From Batkoa obscura (lineage: Eukaryota): DNA of 64,000 bases. This document shows, piece by piece, positions 58,502 through 64,000 of the stretch. A program made the position numbers and the translations under genes. The DNA lies in NCBI GenBank assembly GCA_030770535.1, contig JASVEC010000013.1, forward strand, positions 496,001-560,000, read 5' to 3'. How positions within the stretch are numbered: the stretch's first letter is position 1; each line of letters begins with the position of its first letter. Under the pieces are notes generated by a model. The model saw only the letters and a list, made by a program, of their open reading frames with translations. It searched no databases and was not told the origin of the DNA.

Positions 58502-59300
58502 ATATTTGCATGTTAATATTTTAGGTATTTTGAGTAGCATGAATTAAGATTTTGGTTAACTCGTTATTAATAAATATCGGATATTTATATATCTACAATA
58601 TTTTATATGAAGTTTATGCTCTATAAATAATAAAATTAAGGAATACTGTGGTTGACAACCCTATATTGCTAAGAAAAATGGATTTGTTTATTTTTTACAG
58701 TGATATAAACAAAACCAAATAATTTTTCTGAAATAACAAACAATTCCACGTTTTAAACTATCTTTTAAACTATTTTTTAAATTATTTATTAAACTATTTG
58801 TTAGCTTATGTTTAGTTGTAATAAGTAATTATTTCTGAAATACAAGCATTTAAAATTTTTATATTTTGTATAAACATTGTAAAATTTAAATTAAGCCAAA
58901 ATAAATTATGTAATTCAAAAACTTAAAACATTCTTACTTTTGTTAATATTTAACAATAGGACTACAGTAATTTCAATAATAGCTAGAACTTTGAATTTAC
59001 TCAAAATAACAAATTATGTATTTCCTTGGTATTGTATGTGCTATATACAAAAACAAGATAAAACTGTCCTTTCACATTTTGTTTTGGAGCGAATTAAATT
59101 AATGTAAAATTAATCTCAGCATGTTAATGAACATAATTAAAATATAAATAAATAACAACTAATAATAATGACATATATTTAAAGTTTAATATGAAGAATA
59201 AAGTAAGTCAACTAAAAAATATGATAATTTATTATAACAAACTTGGATTGGCGTAAAATCTAATTTTAATACGATCAGATATATAATATTTAATTCAATA

Positions 59301-59397
59301 GGGGAATGTATTTTTTTTGTTTAAGAATTTTACTAACAATCTTTCCACTCAAATATACTTAAAAAATGGAAAAGTGATGAAACCAAAAAACATCCCC
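59301..59397 (+). mobile_element. MITE copy 14
   Basis: ggggaatgtattt...aaaacatcccc; flanks do not match. Confidence 0.85.
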
Positions 59398-59993
59398 ACA
59401 TGATGAATAAATTTAAGAAATTATGATAGAAGAGCATAAAACACAATGATTATCATAATCGAAATTATATTTCTTTATTTTAAAATTGTGTTAATATAAT
59501 AGTTAATCGATCGATTTATTTGCGACAAGTATTTCAACAATTAACTTTATATAAAGATGAAAGAATCACATATAATAAAAACCACATACTAGTGACTCAA
59601 GTTTTTCAAGGTTAATCTATCAGTCTTTAATCTGGTCATTTTATCATGTATGAATGTATCTTTAATTATTGAAGATCCCCATTCAGCTATTAGGACTCGT
59701 AAACGAGGGGTGTTATTTGAGGCTAGAAGTGGACATTATAAAAGGTTCTGTGAAAAATCTAGACTGCCGATATATACAGTAAAGCGGTTCTATAACCAAT
59801 CATGGTGAGAACAAGGTCATATGCAAAGTGGAAATCCAAACCCAAAGTTCCAGTTCTTAGTAGCTAGCCTTTACATTTGATAGAAAATTTTAAATTAAAA
59901 TAAATAACTTACTATTTTAAAATTAAAACTTTTTGTTTATTTAATATCTTATGGGGCTTTCGTTTAACTAGATGAAAAAACCAAAAATTATAT

Positions 59994-60091
59994 GAGGATG
60001 TTTTTTTTAGTTTCATTACTTTTTCCATTTTTAAGCGCTACTTGAGCGAAAAGATTGTTAGTAAAATTCTTAAACAAAAAAATACATTACC
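59994..60091 (-). mobile_element. MITE copy 15, TSD ATAT
   Basis: atat|gaggatgttt...aatacattacc|atat. Confidence 0.85.
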
Positions 60092-60879
60092 ATATGGTGG
60101 TAAAAATTGCTAAATAGATGCGCTTTTATAGTATCACAATATGTTATTTATATTAAACTAAAGTAATCCATCTTAAAAGAAGTTAGGTATGGTTAAATTT
60201 TTGGTATTTCTTAAGGATTTTAGTGCGGGGACCATACAGTCATCTTGATTTAAAACAAATTATTTACATCTATTGAGAAGCAATGATCAAATAGAATTGA
60301 GAGACAAAAGGATTTTTGTATAAATATAGCATTTGATTATCAGGGCTGTAGGTCTAACAAGGGTGAAAAGAATTGGGTTTTGAAAGCCATAATAATATAA
60401 ACTAAAGTTCTAAGTTAGTAAATATCGTATATAATTAAGACTAGTTGGGTAGACAATAAATTATTCTAAACTTTAGCTCATGGGTTAAGAGTGTATTTAA
60501 ATTGATAGAAACGTTGAGTAGATTTTTGTTTTATTTAGATATGAAAGGATTTGCTGTCTAAAATCAAAAAATCTTTTTATTTTTATTTTTATTTTATTGG
60601 TATATACCTTACACCATACAGGTCGAACAATAGATTTAATTTTAGATGCCACCTTGGAAGAACATCTGGTCATTCTAAGGACGATAGGCTAGAACAGGTC
60701 TATTGGAAAAACTTATATGTATCAGAACTTATTAAGTATAGCAAAAGTGAGTGCTTAGAAATTTATATATGGAAGGCGGCAGTTATTTTGAGCATATGCT
60801 GAAAGTTTTTATGTATGTAAGGGATTAAGGTAGGAGGGGTTTTATCAATTTATTTTGAAAAAAACAAGTATAATAAAAA

Positions 60880-61216
60880 TTCAAATTGCTCTGAAGCTTA
60901 AATACAAAGTGATGGTGTTTTATAGCGGCCATAATGCAGTTATAGAAAAAAGTTTCAGTGAGGAATTGTAAAAATCTCAATAATATATAGTAATTTATAA
61001 TATCAAAATTCAGTGATTACTGATCTTTATCTTCCATATCTAAAAATGGTTAGAGCTGTTCCATTTGACATTAGAAAAAAAGGTTTCGACTTTAATTTTG
61101 AGCATACCATTCCTAACTCTTTATTGCTCGTTGTAGCTCTAATCCATTATAGTGAAAGTGCTTTTAGGGAACTACTGAAATACGTCCCATCGTTGCATTG
61201 GATAAAGTTACAATAA
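60880..61216 (+). pseudogene. 3' fragment of the F-box/LRR-like family (member D)
   Basis: FNFEHTIPNSLLLV...FRELLKYVPSLHWIKLQ* matches the C-termini at ~45700-45808, ~48950-49073 and ~55490-55618. Confidence 0.65.
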
Positions 61217-61452
61217 ATTGGCCTTTAACTCTAATAAACCGCCCAATAATAATCTAACTTTTAATATTTTGACTTCTTTTGCAATATTATCGATTAATTT
61301 AAAACTACGATTTAAAGCATTTATACTAGCAACACCATTTAATTTTATATCACTTCAAATCCATTATTCAGATAACATCAAACCTTAAAAATAATTTTAA
61401 AAATAATTTTTATTTTACAACCAAGAAATAAGAAAAGCCCAATTAAAAAATT

Positions 61453-62610
61453 TTAAATTTCAAAGCCTAAACCCGCTTTACAAGCATCACGTCCCATATC
61501 TTTTAGCAAATAGGTAGAGCTAGTTTCAGGGAGAGTAGTTTCAGTGAGAATACCCTCTTCAGCGAAAGCCAAGATCTTACCCGGGCCCAATAAGAGATAA
61601 AGATGTTGAAAGAACTTTGGATATTCTTCTAATTTATCATCGTTTTTAACTACTAATTGATGGATACTTCTAGCAGCATACATACCCTGATACATAGCAC
61701 CGCCTGCTAATTTAATTTCTTGGAAATTATTTACATCTCCAATGGCGTAAATGTGGGAGTATTTTGGGGACTCTAGTTGTAAAGTGGGGCGAATCTTAAC
61801 CAATTTCTTTTCATCTAATACGTTATCAAGTTGTAATAGCTCGCTATTTGGGGCACCAAAGCCAGTACATTCAATTACCATATCACACTCAATAGTATTA
61901 TTTTGACTAGTGGTCAATTTATACCTTATTTTATCCCCCTCAATAATCTCTTCTTTGTTTAACAATCTTTGTTTAAACAATAAATTAACCTTAAACTCCT
62001 CTAAAATCTGTACCACTTTGTTACGAAACTTATCAGTGAAAGGGCCAGGAATTGGTAATTCTCTGGAGTGAAGTAAACTTACTTTCTTATCCTTAAAGTG
62101 GCAAGCTATATCACATGCCATTTCTACTCCTACTGCTCCACCACCAACTACTACAATATCTTTAGCCTGTTCGATTTTTTTAGCGTAATCAAGTAACTCT
62201 TCTTTAAGCTCAGAGTGATTACTTGCAGCTGGCCAAATAGGTGGACCCCTCAAGTAACCTGTAGCCAAGATTAAGTAATCAAAAGGATCCTGTTGACCAT
62301 CTTCGGTGATCAAATGATTTTCAAAGATTTGGGTCACTTTTTTATAAATAAATTTGACCTTCCCATCTTTATAATAGGGTAACTCAGTATGTGGGGTATA
62401 TAGTGTTGGACCTAATTTGTCACCGGTTAAACCACGTGTCATACCTATGAGATGTACAAATCCTTGACGTTTATCATATAATCGGATTTCAACGGATGCT
62501 TCTGGGTGCTCGCTTTTGTTAGGGTAAAAGAAATTTACCAAATTGTATGCAGCACCTAACCCTCCATAATTCCCACCTACGATTGCAATTCGTGTTATTC
62601 CTTTTGTCAT
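61453..62610 (-). CDS. AIF/AMID(FSP1)-like FAD/NAD(P)H oxidoreductase
   Basis: IAIVGGNYGG FAD fold, YLILATG, VVVGGGAVGVEMA NAD fold, IYAIGD. Confidence 0.88.
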   Translation of the reverse strand: MTKGITRIAIVGGNYGGLGAAYNLVNFFYPNKSEHPEASVEIRLYDKRQGFVHLIGMTRGLTGDKLGPTLYTPHTELPYYKDGKVKFIYKKVTQIFENHLITEDGQQDPFDYLILATGYLRGPPIWPAASNHSELKEELLDYAKKIEQAKDIVVVGGGAVGVEMACDIACHFKDKKVSLLHSRELPIPGPFTDKFRNKVVQILEEFKVNLLFKQRLLNKEEIIEGDKIRYKLTTSQNNTIECDMVIECTGFGAPNSELLQLDNVLDEKKLVKIRPTLQLESPKYSHIYAIGDVNNFQEIKLAGGAMYQGMYAARSIHQLVVKNDDKLEEYPKFFQHLYLLLGPGKILAFAEEGILTETTLPETSSTYLLKDMGRDACKAGLGFEI

Positions 62611-62666
62611 ATTGATAAAAATTGAGACTAAAAATGATAAAAAAATTTTTTATTTTATAGTGGATT

Positions 62667-62760
62667 TTATCTGATGAGTCGGATTTAATATTTATTCTTT
62701 GTGATCTTGCTGTGGTTCCAATCAGATTCTTCTAAATTGGAACTCGAAATTTTATCTGAT
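62667..62760 (-). promoter_or_regulatory. Two ATCAGATAA motifs (fungal iron-repressor GATA consensus ATCWGATAA) flanking an inverted CCAAT pair, upstream of the oxidoreductase
   Basis: ttatctgat at 62667-62675 and 62752-62760; gttccaat...attggaac at ~62715-62743. Confidence 0.35.
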
Positions 62761-63092
62761 TTAATGGTAATCCGGATACTAGTTTGTTCATGTAATGCTT
62801 TATTAAGAAATTTATAGGTTTTTTGGGTCTAAAAATAATTTAAATTTTAAAATAATTATTTTTTCTATCTATAACTTTTGAAATCAATGATTTATTATTT
62901 TATAAAATAATCAACGAAACTTTGGTAAATGTCTTTATCTATTGATCAGGTTTATTGTTTTAAAATTGTTACGAATTTAATAATATACTATTCCTATTTC
63001 AATATTAAAATAAATAAACTACGGTACTAATAAATGGCAGGATGATTTATTTACTTAAATGGATATATGTCTACTGCTATAAACCTTTTTAT

Positions 63093-64000
63093 TTAAATAG
63101 GTTTATAATCCGGAAGGTCATTCAAAAGTTGTATAAACTGTTTGTAATTAGCTTCAAGTTCTCTTAAATAAGTAACATTCATGTTCTTCATAACAATTCT
63201 GTTTTCAGGTATAGGCTCAACAAAAGGTATGATTTTCTTTTGATCAGAACGTGGTTTAAAGATGGTAATTAATTCCCCAACGATGTATTTAACAGCCAAA
63301 TTAATCTGTCCAAGGATCACTCTAAAATTAAAAAATTCGGTAGTGGGCACAACAATAAACCCTAATATTGTCTTAATACTCTTTGAATTCGCATAATATC
63401 TCTTATATTCATAGCAATAGCCATCACCTTTTGTGTTAAATGTAGTCGCCACTGTTACATTGAGTCCATCAAGTATATCGCTTGGACTAACAGGCTTAAG
63501 TCTATTTAATCCGCTATAGCTATTTGCTAAACTAGGATTACGCAACTGCCACTCATGCCATAAAAGATCAATAAAAGCGTGATGCATATAAAATAATGGA
63601 TCATTAGGTGAAAAGAAATCCGATAAGTCACCTACAGCCCCACCAATATTGGTATGGATGACAGAATGAGGCAGATATTCGACTACATTTCTAAAGGTCA
63701 CGTAATCCTTTGATGAAGCTACCATAGCTTCAATAGATTCTGGTGGGTAAAATGGAGTTATTTTATCTCCTTTATTATAATCTCTCTTCAAGCAATGCCT
63801 TTTTGGTATATTTACCATGAAATTAGCGAAGGGACCGCTGGTTACACAATGCGTGTCTTTGTCGCCATTCTTACCAAAATACTCATCACTAAGTACAATG
63901 GAATTTGTTGGATCATCGGAATCTAAAGACCAATCCCAGTAAGGTAAGATAATACTACTATCAATGGCTTGCAAGTCTTTCTCAAATATGCGAAGATATG
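63093..64000 (-). CDS. Tyrosinase (type-3 di-copper protein), 5' part outside the window
   Basis: YLRIFEKDLQAID..LPYWDWS, and CuB site HSVIHTNIGG...SPNDPLFYMHHAFIDLLWHEWQ; frame open to the window edge. Confidence 0.93.
   Translation of the reverse strand, partial: YLRIFEKDLQAIDSSIILPYWDWSLDSDDPTNSIVLSDEYFGKNGDKDTHCVTSGPFANFMVNIPKRHCLKRDYNKGDKITPFYPPESIEAMVASSKDYVTFRNVVEYLPHSVIHTNIGGAVGDLSDFFSPNDPLFYMHHAFIDLLWHEWQLRNPSLANSYSGLNRLKPVSPSDILDGLNVTVATTFNTKGDGYCYEYKRYYANSKSIKTILGFIVVPTTEFFNFRVILGQINLAVKYIVGELITIFKPRSDQKKIIPFVEPIPENRIVMKNMNVTYLRELEANYKQFIQLLNDLPDYKPI

Noticed and set aside
59651..59810. ~53-codon GC-richer ORF vaguely resembling a transposase helix-turn-helix (SRLPIYTVKRF)
   Set aside because: Too short, with no catalytic domain or TIRs; cannot be supported without a search
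4763..60091. The ~98-bp repeat as a CRISPR array, SINE or ncRNA gene
   Set aside because: Dispersed in both orientations with TIRs and 4-bp TSDs; no spacers, cas genes, A/B boxes or poly-A tail

Overview
Very AT-rich eukaryotic, fungal-type genomic DNA with short GT-AG introns. The gene content and composition suggest an early-diverging fungus such as Entomophthoromycotina (Conidiobolus-like); this is inference only. Three intron-containing housekeeping genes (DPH4, FAR11/STRIP, DBR1) and three tRNA genes (2x Arg-ACG, 1x Glu-TTC) are embedded among intronless, locally duplicated genes. These are two ABCB/MDR transporters, two secreted S28 serine peptidases, two Msn2/Seb1-like C2H2 transcription factors, two probably GPI-anchored leishmanolysin-like zinc metalloproteases, and a secreted triple-Kunitz inhibitor plus its pseudogene. 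There are also four decayed F-box/LRR-like genes, an AIF/AMID-like oxidoreductase and a tyrosinase truncated by the window end. Intergenic DNA holds about 15 copies of a ~98-bp MITE with 4-bp target-site duplications, two other TIR elements, two inverted solo-LTR-like repeats plus a C:G->T:A-eroded third copy between the tRNA-Arg genes, decayed LINE-like fragments, and two elements with hairpins at both ends. The most notable signals are the 8-cysteine fungal Kunitz domains, sharply bounded 3' identity tracts in two paralog pairs, the 4-bp-TSD MITE with an in-window empty site, RIP-like erosion, and the hairpin-ended elements. All alignments and counts were done by eye.
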